64,000 bases of DNA from an uncultured Acidobacteriota bacterium (GTDB lineage Bacteria; Acidobacteriota; Thermoanaerobaculia; Gp7-AA8), in assembly GCA_963741955.1 (NCBI GenBank), contig CAVUKB010000004.1:160001-224000 (forward strand), written 5' to 3'. A program made the translations under genes and the position numbers. The notes beneath the pieces are model-generated. The model was not told the DNA's origin, ran no database searches, and saw only the letters and a list, made by a program, of their open reading frames with translations. Every line of letters starts with the position of its first letter. Position 1 is the first letter of the stretch. Below, in pieces: positions 29,114 through 39,377 of this stretch.

Positions 29114-30202
29114 ATGACGGGCTCGCGCGCGCTCACGCAACCCCGCTGGAAGCGTGCGGTGGAGGAGTTCTCCGCGGTGAACTTCGCCATGGTGATGGCC
29201 ACCGGCATCGTCTCCATCGCCGCCGAGCTCCTGGGGTGGGAAGCGGTCGGCATCATTCTCTTCTGGGTCAACGTCACGGCGTTCGCGCTCTTTCTGGTGA
29301 TGATGACGGCGCGGGTGGCGCTCTTCCCGCGGCGGGTGTTCTCCGAGATGATCGATCACATGCTCGGGGCTGGATACTTCACCGCCGTCGCGGCGTCGTG
29401 CATTCTCGGGACGCAGCTGATCCGGCTCTTCGGGAACTATCACCTGGCGATGGTCCTCTGGATCTTCGGCATCGTTCTGTGGGTGGGGCTCACGTACACG
29501 TTCTTCACCGCGCTGACGGTGAAGGAAGAGAAGCCGCTGCTGAATGAGGGGATCAGCGGGGCGTGGCTCGTGGCGGTGGTCGCCACACAGTCGATCGCGA
29601 TCCTCTCCACGCTGATGGCCGCGCACTGGCCGCAGCCGTGGCGTCTGATGGCGAACTTCCTCGGGTTGTCGATGTGGCTGTGGGGCGGAATGCTCTACAT
29701 CTGGATGATCTCGCTGATCTTCTACCGCTACACGTTCTTCAAGTTCCCGCCGGGAGACCTGACCCCGCCGTACTGGATCAACATGGGAGCGATGGCGATC
29801 TCGACTCTGGCCGGTTCGCTGCTGATCGTGAACAGCGGTCCCGAGGCTCCGTATCTGATGTCGCTTCGTCCGTTTCTGGAAGGATTCACGGTGTTCTATT
29901 GGGCGACCGGAACGTGGTGGATTCCGATGCTGGTGCTGCTCGGGTTCTGGCGCTACGTCTACAAGGGATATCCGCTGCAGTACGACCCGCTGTACTGGGG
30001 CGCGGTCTTTCCGCTCGGGATGTACACCGCGGCGACGTTCCAGATGGCGCACGCGATGAAGCTCGGGTTCCTCCTCCCGCTCCCCCGAGGCTTTTTCTTC
30101 ATCGCGCTCGGCGCGTGGCTGATGACGTTCGTGGGACTCTGCCGATCCTCGCTGCGGAGCGGAGGGATGGCGCTGTCCGCAGGGGGAGGGCGCGGGGTGT
30201 GA
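29114..30202 (+). CDS. TDT/SLAC1-family (tellurite-resistance/dicarboxylate) transporter
   Basis: FAMVMATGIVSI, GAWLVAVVATQS, LTPPYWINMGAMAISTLAG, YWGAVFPLGMY. Confidence 0.92.
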   Translation: MTGSRALTQPRWKRAVEEFSAVNFAMVMATGIVSIAAELLGWEAVGIILFWVNVTAFALFLVMMTARVALFPRRVFSEMIDHMLGAGYFTAVAASCILGTQLIRLFGNYHLAMVLWIFGIVLWVGLTYTFFTALTVKEEKPLLNEGISGAWLVAVVATQSIAILSTLMAAHWPQPWRLMANFLGLSMWLWGGMLYIWMISLIFYRYTFFKFPPGDLTPPYWINMGAMAISTLAGSLLIVNSGPEAPYLMSLRPFLEGFTVFYWATGTWWIPMLVLLGFWRYVYKGYPLQYDPLYWGAVFPLGMYTAATFQMAHAMKLGFLLPLPRGFFFIALGAWLMTFVGLCRSSLRSGGMALSAGGGRGV

Positions 30203-30330
30203 GTGGTTTTTCCACGGCATCCGAAGGCGCGTGAGCTCCCCTCTGCTGGGGGAGTCGTCCGGGCGAGGCATCAGCGTTCCGTTTCCGGGGGCGCCTTGAC
30301 GCCTCATGTGTACCGTGGTACATTCGTACC

Positions 30331-30645
30331 ATGATCGAAGTTGACCGCACCCAGACCGGCGTCCGGATCGAGAAGCGGATCCTGAAGGTCCTCAAAGGGC
30401 TCGCCGAGTACCACGACCTCACCCTCGGCGATCTGCTCGAGGGGATCGTCCTCCACGTCTTCGAAGGGAAGACTCCGTTCGGGCCGACCTCGCTGAAGAA
30501 GATCGCGGAGCTGAAGAAGACCTACGAACTGGATCTCGACGCGAGCGCTTCGCACCAGCTGGTGGAGCGGAAGGCGGGCGAGACACGGCGCGCGACGAGT
30601 CGCAAGCCGTCGGCGTCCCCGAAGAAGAATCGTTCGAAGGGGTAG
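30331..30645 (+). CDS. small conserved protein, possible ribbon-helix-helix DNA binder
   Basis: RTQTGVRIEKRILKVLKGLAEYHDLTLGDLLEGIVLH. Confidence 0.7.
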   Translation: MIEVDRTQTGVRIEKRILKVLKGLAEYHDLTLGDLLEGIVLHVFEGKTPFGPTSLKKIAELKKTYELDLDASASHQLVERKAGETRRATSRKPSASPKKNRSKG

Positions 30646-30732
30646 GGCTCACGCCTCGGCGCGATCTCCGACGGAGAGATGCACGCGCGCGGGATCTCCA
30701 CTTTTCAGCGATCGATGAGCCGAGGTGCGGAG

Positions 30733-31320
30733 ATGAAAGTGTGGATCGGGTTTGCAGCAGGAGTGATCGCGGGAGCGTTGGTGGTTCCGCCGCTCCTCCA
30801 CCATCTTCATGCAGCAATGAAAGGAACGGTTCCGATGACGTCCGCGAATGCCTCTGCACTCGCACACACCCGCGAGAGTTTTTCATTCACCGCGAACGGC
30901 CCGATGAGCGAGGTGGCGCCGCTCTTCGGCGCGGAGAGGGAGAAGGAGTGGGCGAGGGGTTGGGAGCCGCGATTCGTCTGGCCCACGCCCGCCGTTGATC
31001 GGGAAGGGATGGTGTTCACGGTGGCGCACGGCGACAGGACCGCGGTGTGGGTCAACACGCGTTTCGACCTCGAGAAAGGCGACGTGCAGTACGTCTACGT
31101 GATCCCGGAGGTGATGACGACGCGGATCACGCTGAAGATCTCGCGAGACGGGGAGCGGACGCGCGTGAAGGTCGACTATGAGCGTACGGCATTGAGCGCC
31201 GGCGCGGCTCGGCTGGTGCGGGAGATGGCGGAGCACGACGCCACCGCGGGAGAAGAGTGGCGAACCGAGATCGACGCCGCTCACGCGAAGAGGTCGGCGG
31301 GGAGCGCCCGGCGATCGTGA
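30733..31320 (+). CDS. SRPBCC/START-like hypothetical protein with N-terminal anchor
   Basis: APLFGAEREKEWARGWEP pattern; RBS before ATG 30733. Confidence 0.6.
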   Translation: MKVWIGFAAGVIAGALVVPPLLHHLHAAMKGTVPMTSANASALAHTRESFSFTANGPMSEVAPLFGAEREKEWARGWEPRFVWPTPAVDREGMVFTVAHGDRTAVWVNTRFDLEKGDVQYVYVIPEVMTTRITLKISRDGERTRVKVDYERTALSAGAARLVREMAEHDATAGEEWRTEIDAAHAKRSAGSARRS

Positions 31321-31400
31321 GTGAGAGCTGCGACTGACCGACGATCGCGTCGTCGATCCGAGCCGATACGGCCACGAATCGGCGACGGGGTCGGATCGAG

Positions 31401-31841
31401 TCACCGGTTCTGCTGCAGCGTCTCCTGGGCCGACACCGCGCGCCAGTGGCCGTCGCGGAGGAGAAAGATGTCGGTGAAGCGGATCCGGGCGAGATCGGAG
31501 GGGTCCTTCCCTTCGAGGACGTTCACGCCGGTGACGATGGCAGTGTCGCGTCCGTAGCGACGGACCTTCAGCTCCTCCAACCTGATGGAGTGGTAGGGCC
31601 CTCCGGCGGGAGGGCCGGTGAGGACATCGGCCTTCGTGCGGATGCCGCCGCGGAAGGTCGAGTCGACGAAGGAGTCGTCGAGAAGACGGTCGAGAAACGC
31701 CGTGTCGTGCGTGCGAAGCGCGTCGACCCACTGCTGCTCGATCGCGACGAGATCGGCCGGTGCTGACGGTGGTGCCGACGCGCAGGAAGAGAGCAAGACA
31801 GCGAGGCATGCGGTGACAATACGGATTCGCGTGCTCTTCAT
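31401..31841 (-). CDS. NTF2-fold (DUF4440-like) lipoprotein
   Basis: Lipobox LLSSC; EQQWVDALRTHDTAFLDRLLDDSF...RFTDIFLLRDGHWRAVSAQ. Confidence 0.85.
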   Translation of the reverse strand: MKSTRIRIVTACLAVLLSSCASAPPSAPADLVAIEQQWVDALRTHDTAFLDRLLDDSFVDSTFRGGIRTKADVLTGPPAGGPYHSIRLEELKVRRYGRDTAIVTGVNVLEGKDPSDLARIRFTDIFLLRDGHWRAVSAQETLQQNR

Positions 31842-32002
31842 TTCGGGTGCCCCCCGGTCCGGCGAGTATAGCCTGACCGGCAGTGCCGAGGAGTGCCAGG
31901 AGTACATCAAGGCGGTCTTTTCCGACGGCTCGGTGTCGGATCCGAAGAAGTTCGACTTCTGTGAGGACGATCTGGAGATCGAGTTCGAGTAGCGGTTCGG
32001 GG

Positions 32003-32737
32003 CTAGAGGCTCGGGCTTCCAGCCTCCCTCAACACTTCTTCGAATTTTGCGAGGAGCTCCACGGTGGAGCCGACCGGTTCGACGCCGGGGGGAGGGAGCT
32101 CCTTTCGCTCGAGGCTCCGGACGAAGAATCCGTGGCCGCGGGCGGCGGCCCATTCGAGCGCCGCGAAGTCGGTGATGTCGTCGCCCGCATACACGACGCG
32201 TGAGGCTCGCGACTCCTCTGCGAGGAAGCGGAGCGCATCGATCTTCGTGAAGCCGGGAACGGAGGCCTCCAGGACGCAGCGGCCTTCGATGGGGTGAAGG
32301 CCGTTGGCCTCGGCCCAGCGCGCGAATTCCCCCACCAGAGGGTGGCGCCGATTCACTCCCTCGGCGGTCCGCCAGTGAACGGCGACACCGTACTTCTTCT
32401 TCTCCAGGGTGAGGCCGCACTCCCCGACCTGCCGCATCCACTCGTCGGGAGGACGTACGGTGAGGGGTTTGCCGGAGCGGAGAATCCGGCCCTCCGGATC
32501 GGCGACGTCGAGCCCGTGCGATCCGCTGCGCCAGGCGTGGATTCCGGCGGTGCGGAGGGTCAGGTCTTCCAGGTCGCGCCCGGAGAGGAATGCCACTGAC
32601 ACGCCGTCGCGATTCGAGGCGTTCTCGAGGAGCTCCCGCGCCTCGTCGCGGATGACGACATCCTCCGGCCGGTCACGGATATCCGCGAGGGTTCCGTCGA
32701 AGTCGCTGGCGAGGAGAAGCTCGATGGCGTGGTTCAT
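32003..32737 (-). CDS. otsB: trehalose-6-phosphate phosphatase
   Basis: HAD motifs SDFDGTLA, LSGR, GSHG, YAGDDITD; adjacent to otsA. Confidence 0.92.
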   Translation of the reverse strand: MNHAIELLLASDFDGTLADIRDRPEDVVIRDEARELLENASNRDGVSVAFLSGRDLEDLTLRTAGIHAWRSGSHGLDVADPEGRILRSGKPLTVRPPDEWMRQVGECGLTLEKKKYGVAVHWRTAEGVNRRHPLVGEFARWAEANGLHPIEGRCVLEASVPGFTKIDALRFLAEESRASRVVYAGDDITDFAALEWAAARGHGFFVRSLERKELPPPGVEPVGSTVELLAKFEEVLREAGSPSL

Positions 32738-32777
32738 GAGGTCGTCCTTCCGGGGTGGCTCGACGAACCGCTCCGGA

Positions 32778-35009
32778 TCAAAGCGGCTGATGATGATCGC
32801 GCCAGGAGGCGTTCCGTCGTTCCCAGATCTCGGCGAGATCGCTCAGCAGCGACGCCGACCAGTCGTAGATGGTGTTCTTCTCGACGGATGCGCGCATTGC
32901 CGTCATCCGTGCGGTGCGCTCGGCCGGTGACATGGTGAGCACGCGGTAGATGGCCTCGGCGACCTCGCTGGTGTCGTAGGGGTTGACGACCACGGCTCCT
33001 TCCAGTTCGGTCGCGGCACCGGTGAACTTGCTGAGGATGAGGGTGCCGTCGGAATCGGATCGCGACGCGACGAACTCCTTCGCCACGAGATTCATCCCGT
33101 CGTGGAGCGGCGTGACGAGTGCGACGTCGGCGGTGGCGTAAAGGGCGCGCACTTCCTGCGGTGTGAAGTGGCGGATCTGGAGCATGATCGGGATCCATCC
33201 GTCGCGACCGTATTTACGGTTGATGCGGGTGGCGGTCTCTTCGAGCTCGCTCTGAAGGTCGCGATAGCGCTTGATGTGGGTGCGGCTCGGGGCCGCGATC
33301 TGGGCGAGCACGAAGCGACCCACGAGATCGGGATGGCTGCTCAGGAGCGCGTCGACCGCTTCGACCTTCTCGATCAGTCCTTTGGTGTAGTCGGCGCGAT
33401 CGACGCCGACGGCGACGCGCATCTCGGGATCGATTCCGAGCTTCTGGCGGATCGCCGCTTTTGCGCCCTGGTCCACGGGAGGGTAGGGCCATTGAACGCT
33501 GATCGGGTACGGCTTGACGCGGGTGACGTGTCCCTGGAATTCGACGGTCATGGTCTCCAGAGCCACTTTGCATTCGAGGTAACGACTCACGGTGTTGAGG
33601 AAGTTGAGGCAGTGATAGCGGGTGTGGAACCCGATCACGTCCGCGCCGAGCATTCCGGTGAGGATCTCTTCCTTCCAGGGGCAGATGCCGAAAACTTCGT
33701 CGTTCGGCCACGGGATGTGCCAGAAGAGACTGATCACGCTTCCCGGTGCGAGTTCTCGCAACTCGGCCGGAAGGAGCGCGAAATGATAGTCCTGCACGAG
33801 CACCAGTCCGTGCTCGCGCGCTTCCTCTGCGGCGGCTTCGGCGAATTTCCGGTTCACGATCTGGTATTGCTCCCAGTCTTCGGTCCGGAACGTGGGACGC
33901 GCGTGCGCGATGTGGCAGAGCGGCCAGAGCCCCTCATTCGAGAAGCCGTAGTAGTAGCCTTCCTCTTCGCGCTGGGTGAGCCAGACGCGCCGGAGGACGT
34001 ATTCCGGCTGGTCGGGGGGGACGGCGAGGCGCCCCTTCGGATCGGCGACCTCGCGATCGGCGGAGCCACTTCCGTGACCGACCCAGATGCCTCCACACGC
34101 CCGGAGGAGCGGCTCGACTCCGGTCACCAGACCGCTGGCGGGACGGTCCAGCCGGATCCGCTCGCCGTCGCGGACGTGGATGTAGGGTTCGCGGTTTGCG
34201 ACGAGAACGAGCGGCGTCTCCGGCATCCGTTCGGCGACGAGATGGCGGAGCCGCTCCGGACCCGCGACGTGATCTTCGCCACGTTCGCTGCGGAGGCGTG
34301 CCACTGTTGCATTGAGATTATCGAGGATGCGACTCACGTCGGGAGGGAGATCCGTTTCTTCTCCGCGCGCCGCACGGCGGAAGAGGTCGAGCATCCGGCG
34401 CCCCTGTCGTACACGCATCGCCCGCGCTGCCTGATAGAGAGCGAAGGCGATGATGACGATGGCGAGGATTCCTCCGGCCAGCGCGATCCGGAGGAGTCCC
34501 TGCCGGCGCGACCAGATGAAGCCCTGGTCCTGAACCACCAGAACGCGGGCGTGGGGAATCTTCTGCAGCGGATAGACGGAGATCTGAACATCGTTGCCTG
34601 CGAGGTAGGCAGAGATCGGCTCTTTCGCTGCGAGGGCTCGTTTCACGAACGTGGAACGGCAGCCGAGGATGCTGGCGACGGCGCGATTGCCGAGGCTCCG
34701 GCGGTCGGGAAAACAGATCAGGACTCCGATCAGCCGGCTGTCAGCAGACATGTTCTCCAGACGCTCGACGAGGTCGGCGTCGGGTAAGGTTCCGATGTCC
34801 GGCTCGAGAGCGCGTACGACGAGCTCTGCCCGGCGCTCCAGATCCCGCTCGTGCCACGAGCGGACCGCCGAGTCGGCCCAGAGCACACCTCCGGTGAGAA
34901 TGGCGATGAAGACGACCATCGCCGCGATGGCGAAAATCTGGTCGTCGAACGGCCGGCGGGTGCCGGGTTTCTGAGGCATTGGTTCTGGTTCGGGTTGCAT
35001 CATCATCAT
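32778..35009 (-). CDS. otsA: trehalose-6-phosphate synthase with N-terminal two-TM extracytoplasmic domain
   Basis: GT20 motifs [45 protein letters not shown]; start uncertain (35009-34979). Confidence 0.93.
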   Translation of the reverse strand: MMMMQPEPEPMPQKPGTRRPFDDQIFAIAAMVVFIAILTGGVLWADSAVRSWHERDLERRAELVVRALEPDIGTLPDADLVERLENMSADSRLIGVLICFPDRRSLGNRAVASILGCRSTFVKRALAAKEPISAYLAGNDVQISVYPLQKIPHARVLVVQDQGFIWSRRQGLLRIALAGGILAIVIIAFALYQAARAMRVRQGRRMLDLFRRAARGEETDLPPDVSRILDNLNATVARLRSERGEDHVAGPERLRHLVAERMPETPLVLVANREPYIHVRDGERIRLDRPASGLVTGVEPLLRACGGIWVGHGSGSADREVADPKGRLAVPPDQPEYVLRRVWLTQREEEGYYYGFSNEGLWPLCHIAHARPTFRTEDWEQYQIVNRKFAEAAAEEAREHGLVLVQDYHFALLPAELRELAPGSVISLFWHIPWPNDEVFGICPWKEEILTGMLGADVIGFHTRYHCLNFLNTVSRYLECKVALETMTVEFQGHVTRVKPYPISVQWPYPPVDQGAKAAIRQKLGIDPEMRVAVGVDRADYTKGLIEKVEAVDALLSSHPDLVGRFVLAQIAAPSRTHIKRYRDLQSELEETATRINRKYGRDGWIPIMLQIRHFTPQEVRALYATADVALVTPLHDGMNLVAKEFVASRSDSDGTLILSKFTGAATELEGAVVVNPYDTSEVAEAIYRVLTMSPAERTARMTAMRASVEKNTIYDWSASLLSDLAEIWERRNASWRDHHQPL

Positions 35010-35110
35010 GACGAATGGCTCGCGACCGAGCCGCGGCGTACGGTTCGGGCTGCTTGCGAGACTGAGGCCAGGTCCCCTTTTACATATCATGGATCGTCTT
35101 TCGGTGCCGT

Positions 35111-35296
35111 GAGGGAGAGGGAGAGGGAGAGGCGAGAGGCGAGAGGCGAGAGGCGAGAGGCGAGAGGCGCGGGGGGAGAGGCGCGGGGTTCGAGGCTCGA
35201 GGCTCGAGGCTCGGAAAGCATACGGGAGCAGAGACAACGGGGAGCAGAGACAACGGGGAGCAGAGACAACGAGGTGCGGAGACAAGGGGGAGCAAC
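35111..35296. repeat. short tandem repeats (GAGAGGC x6, TCGAGGC x3, 16-mer GGAGCAGAGACAACGG x3)
   Basis: Read directly in the intergenic region. Confidence 0.9.
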
Positions 35297-35341
35297 GCGC
35301 ACGAGGAAGCCGAGGATTGGTGCCGGAGAGGGAGAGCGGAT

Positions 35342-36664
35342 TCAGGCGAGGGAAGTGAGCTGGTGAGGGCGGAGGACGGCGGCGAGGTCCTTTGCGAAAC
35401 GCGACGCGTCATCCTCGTGCAGCGCGGAGATGGTGACGCGGATCGCAGGCGGGGTGCGAAGGCGGAAGCGCTCGCCCGCACTCACGGCCCATCCGCGGTC
35501 GCGGAGTGCGGTGACGACGCTGCTCTCTCCGGGGACGGGAATCCAGACATTGAGCCCCGACCGGCCGTGGGCTTCGATTCCTGCCGATTTCAGCGCGTCG
35601 AGAAGAGCGCGGCGGCGTTGGGTGTAGGTTCGTGACGCGGCACGAAGTGCGGCGCGGCCTCCGTGTCCGCCGAGGAGTGCGAGAGTCAGCTCCTGCAGGA
35701 CGAAGCTGACCCAGCGCATCCCGACGCGCTGGCGCGCTTCGACGCGACCGACCGTCAGGGGGTCGCCGGTGAGGAACGCGACCCGAAGGTCGGGACCGAG
35801 GAATTTCGAAACGGAGCGAACCACCACCCAGTGAGAGATCTCGCGGATGGCGAGGGTTCTCGCGGCGATGCCGGCCACCGGACCCGCGTGATCGTCTTCC
35901 ACGAGGAGAATCGAGGGGTGACGCCGCAGGATTTTCCGGAGCGCGGTGACGCGAGACTCGGAGAGGGCGGCTCCGGTCGGGTTCTGCGCGCGCGGGGTGA
36001 CGATGAGCGCGCGGACGTCGGAGGCGAGTGCGCTCCGGAGATCTTCGGCGATGGGACCATCGTCGTCGACGACAAAGGGAACGGGGATCAACCCGAGCGA
36101 TGCGACGAGATGGAGGATGCCGTGGAAGGAGGGGTCTTCGACGGCCACCCGGTCGCCGGAGCGGAGGTGCTCGCGGAGGACGCGCTCGATTCCGTCGAGC
36201 GCTCCCGCGACGACGGCGACCGGGCCGTGGGGGATGCCGTCGCGATCGAGCTCCTGCCGGACCAGACGCACGAGGCGCGGATGCGCGAGCTCCTCCCCGT
36301 ACAGACGGATGCCGGGGTGGAGCGCGTGGAGGGCCGCGGAGAAAGGGGGGAGAAGCGCCGGATCGGGATTGCCGTCGGAGAGATCGTGAAGGGAGGAGGG
36401 GACGGGCGGTGCGGGGTTCGTGGCGAATTGCGGGCGAGGCTGGATCCGGGTTCCGCGGCGGCGGTCTCCGGCGGCGACGCCGCGGTTTCGGAGGATGCGG
36501 TAGGCCGCGGCGACCGTCCCGGGACTCACACCGAGCTCGGTGGCGAGGGCGCGGACGGGAGGGAGGAGGTCTCCGGAGGCGAGCTCGCCGGCGTCGACCA
36601 TGGATTCGACCGCGGCGGCGATATTGACCGCGCCGCTCCCGGTGAGGTATTTTTGTATAGTCAC
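35342..36664 (-). CDS. MocR/GntR-family PLP-dependent transcriptional regulator (PtsJ-like)
   Basis: N-terminal wHTH LPPVRALATELGVSPGTVAAAY and aminotransferase domain TPRAQNPTG, EDDH, RSVSKFLGPDLR. Confidence 0.93.
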   Translation of the reverse strand: MTIQKYLTGSGAVNIAAAVESMVDAGELASGDLLPPVRALATELGVSPGTVAAAYRILRNRGVAAGDRRRGTRIQPRPQFATNPAPPVPSSLHDLSDGNPDPALLPPFSAALHALHPGIRLYGEELAHPRLVRLVRQELDRDGIPHGPVAVVAGALDGIERVLREHLRSGDRVAVEDPSFHGILHLVASLGLIPVPFVVDDDGPIAEDLRSALASDVRALIVTPRAQNPTGAALSESRVTALRKILRRHPSILLVEDDHAGPVAGIAARTLAIREISHWVVVRSVSKFLGPDLRVAFLTGDPLTVGRVEARQRVGMRWVSFVLQELTLALLGGHGGRAALRAASRTYTQRRRALLDALKSAGIEAHGRSGLNVWIPVPGESSVVTALRDRGWAVSAGERFRLRTPPAIRVTISALHEDDASRFAKDLAAVLRPHQLTSLA

Positions 36665-36689
36665 AAAGGTTAGTTTGTATCAGAACAAA
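36652..36689. promoter_or_regulatory. tandem palindromic operator TTTGT-N6-ACAAA x2
   Basis: TTTGTATAGTCACAAA (36652) and TTTGTATCAGAACAAA (36674), 22 bp apart, in the AT-rich divergent junction. Confidence 0.7.
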
Positions 36690-36699
36690 GGAGATGTCA

Positions 36700-37395
36700 A
36701 TGGCCTCCTACGACTCCACTCCACGGACCAGAGTCCGCCGCAAGCGGGAGCGCGGCACCCACGAGAGTGAAGTGATCCACTCCATCCTCGACCAGGCGAT
36801 GATCTGTCACGTCGGGTTCGTCGACGAAGGCACCCCGTTCGTCATCCCCACCATTCACGCCAGAGTGGGGGAGGTCGTTTACCTTCACGGCTCGCCCGGA
36901 AGCCGGATGCTGAGGATCGCCGGGTCGGGCCAGGAGATCTGCATCACCGCGACGCTGGTCGACGGCCTGGTGCTCGCGCGCTCGGCGATGCACCACTCGA
37001 TGAACTACCGCTCGGTGGTGGTTCTCGGCCGCGGTCGGGCAATCACCGGACGCGAGGAGAAGCTCGCCGCGATGCACGCGATCGTCGAGCACGTCGCGCC
37101 GGGTCGCTGGAACGAGAGTCGCGAGCCGTCCGAGAGCGAGCTCGCCGCGACCGCAGTGGTCGCGGTGGAGATCCGTGAAGCGTCGGCGAAGCGCCGGAGC
37201 GGTCCACCCGTGGATGCCGAGGCGGATTACGTCCTGCCACATTGGGCGGGAGTGATCCCGATGCAGATGATGATGGGCGAGCCTCTTCCGGATCCACGAC
37301 TCGAAGGCGAGCTGCCGCTCCCTCCGTCGGTCGAGGCGATGGTCGAGATGCAGGAACTCGGGGAATCTTCCGTTTCGGGACGCGACGGGGTATAA
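36700..37395 (+). CDS. pyridoxamine 5'-phosphate oxidase-like flavin-binding protein
   Basis: RKRERG, CHVGF, YLHGS, DGLVLARSAMHHSMNYRSVV; AAGGAG RBS (start 36694 or 36700). Confidence 0.92.
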   Translation: MASYDSTPRTRVRRKRERGTHESEVIHSILDQAMICHVGFVDEGTPFVIPTIHARVGEVVYLHGSPGSRMLRIAGSGQEICITATLVDGLVLARSAMHHSMNYRSVVVLGRGRAITGREEKLAAMHAIVEHVAPGRWNESREPSESELAATAVVAVEIREASAKRRSGPPVDAEADYVLPHWAGVIPMQMMMGEPLPDPRLEGELPLPPSVEAMVEMQELGESSVSGRDGV

Positions 37396-37409
37396 ATCTC
37401 CCACCCCAC

Positions 37410-39260
37410 GTGAACGCCACGGAAGAGCTGATCGCGCCGAACGCCCGCCGCGCTCCCCGCGCCCTCCGCCGCGCCATTCTTTGCGCGATACCCATCGTAA
37501 CGGTGCTCGCGGTGATGTTCGCGATCCGGATTCCGCTTCTCACCGCGGCGGGTGTGGTGCGCGGGTGGAGCAGCGACTCCGCCATCATCGCGATGATGGG
37601 GAAGAAGATCTACGAAGGACGCGGGTTCGACATCTTTTTCTGGGGTCAGAATTATCTCGGTCCGCTCAGTGCGCTCTACACTGCGGCGGCCGCGGTTCTG
37701 GTTAGGATTCTTCATCCGTCGGAGAACATCTGGCCCCTCGCCTCGAGGATCGGAAGCATCGCCTGCTACGCCTCGGGCGTGGTCTTCTACTGGCTCGGCT
37801 TCCGCCATGTTTCGGAGCGCGCCGCGGTGATCGTGGCGATTTTCCTGGCGATCGGCCCTCCCTTCTACTTCCACGATTCGGTCATCTCGTACGGTCCGGA
37901 GATGGCGTTCCTCCTCGGCGGCCTCCTTTTCTGGATCGGAGCCGGCCAGCTGACCGCTTCTCCCGGCCGCGGTCCACTCGATTCTTCCGCGGGGCGTTTC
38001 GCATTCGGTCTCGTTGCGGGGCTCGGGTGGTGGATGAACCAGGGAGTGGTCTTCTCTCTCGCAGGGATCGTCTGGGTCCTGGTGATGCGAGCCTCCTGGT
38101 ATCCGGCGTTCCGGGCGAAATGGAAGATCGCCGACCGGCTGCTCGTCCATACCGAGCGGCTGGGGTGGGAGCCGCTCGCTTCTGCCGCCCGCTTTGCGCT
38201 GCTCGGAGTGGAGAGCCTCGCGCTCATTCAGATCGTGCTGTTCGTGATCGATGATCTCGCGCCTCTTCCGTTCAACCTCTTCTTCCTCTATTCACCGCTG
38301 CTGGAGCCACTCCTCGTGGTGGTCGTCCTTCAGTTCGTGCTGGCGGTTCGTGGAGGTGAGCTCCGGATCTCGCTTCACGGAGCGAAGCGAGGGTCGGAGG
38401 CCGCGGCCGGAGAGCTCCCGCGTCCGTCACAAATTCATCGCGGATTCCGTTTGATCGTCCCGGTCGCAATCGGTGCCGTGATCGGGTATGCACCGGTCTG
38501 GCTCGGCGGGATGCTCGGCTGGTACGAGCGCTCGTATTCGTTCTATATCGACATCAACTATCCCCGGGGACTCTTCGTCGAGACGATCCTCACTTTCACT
38601 CGCGCGCTACCCGAGCTGATCGGCGCCGGCGCGGCACCGCTGGGCGCACTCTGGGGCGCAGGAGTGGTCGTGCTTCTCGGGTGGAGCGGGTGGCGTAATC
38701 GACGGGAGGTCGTGGCGTTCATCTTTCAACAGCCGGCGCGCTGGGGCGTGACCGGTCTGGCAAGTGCGATCTTCACTGCGAACCTGGTCTTCTTCTGCAT
38801 CGGCCAGCGTCCGCTGGGGAAAATGCATTACCTGATCGCGGCTCTCCCCATGGCGTTCGGCGTGCTCTCGATCGAGATCGAAGCGGCGGCTCGTCTCGGA
38901 AAGCGACAGGAGTTCCTGATGTCCGTTCTCCTGCTCCTCGGAATCGGATCTCTCGCGCTCGGCGCCCGAACCGTGACGGGCTCGATTCTCTCGGAGCCGG
39001 ATCCGATGAGAGTGGTGAGATCGATCGAGCGCGAAGGATACCGGGTCTGTTACGCGGACTTCTGGGTTGCGTACAAAGCGGAGTTCCTCTCCGGAGGTCG
39101 AATCCGGTTCATTCCCTACCTTTCGCAGGACAGGACGCGCCGCGAGAGCGCGGCACTCGAGGCGTTGCCGGTGCCGAAGTGCATCGTGCGCTCCGATGGG
39201 ACCGTTGCGAGGTTCACCGCCGCCGACGTGCCGACGTCAGTGGTGACACCGCGGCGTTGA
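37410..39260 (+). CDS. multi-pass membrane protein, probable GT-C glycosyltransferase
   Basis: WSSDSAIIAMM...FFWGQNYLG loop after TM1, many TM segments, YADFWVAY; start uncertain. Confidence 0.65.
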   Translation: MNATEELIAPNARRAPRALRRAILCAIPIVTVLAVMFAIRIPLLTAAGVVRGWSSDSAIIAMMGKKIYEGRGFDIFFWGQNYLGPLSALYTAAAAVLVRILHPSENIWPLASRIGSIACYASGVVFYWLGFRHVSERAAVIVAIFLAIGPPFYFHDSVISYGPEMAFLLGGLLFWIGAGQLTASPGRGPLDSSAGRFAFGLVAGLGWWMNQGVVFSLAGIVWVLVMRASWYPAFRAKWKIADRLLVHTERLGWEPLASAARFALLGVESLALIQIVLFVIDDLAPLPFNLFFLYSPLLEPLLVVVVLQFVLAVRGGELRISLHGAKRGSEAAAGELPRPSQIHRGFRLIVPVAIGAVIGYAPVWLGGMLGWYERSYSFYIDINYPRGLFVETILTFTRALPELIGAGAAPLGALWGAGVVVLLGWSGWRNRREVVAFIFQQPARWGVTGLASAIFTANLVFFCIGQRPLGKMHYLIAALPMAFGVLSIEIEAAARLGKRQEFLMSVLLLLGIGSLALGARTVTGSILSEPDPMRVVRSIEREGYRVCYADFWVAYKAEFLSGGRIRFIPYLSQDRTRRESAALEALPVPKCIVRSDGTVARFTAADVPTSVVTPRR

Positions 39261-39297
39261 TCGGGCGGCCGCTTCGTTGCGAAGGGCGCCTCCGCGC

Positions 39298-39313
39298 TGG
39301 TATCTCAATTGCT
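39298..39313 (+). promoter_or_regulatory. candidate sigma-54 promoter
   Basis: TGGTATCTCAATTGCT fits TGG-N8-TTGCW, about 65 nt upstream of ATG 39378. Confidence 0.45.
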
Positions 39314-39377
39314 CTCCTGAGAGATGCGGGCGTCGCCAGGCGCTCGACGAAACTTCGACGAAGCCTCAGGAGAGCCC

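Noticed and set aside
27479-30307. 942 aa minus-strand ORF
   Set aside because: Antisense shadow of the well-supported plus-strand operon in GC-rich DNA.
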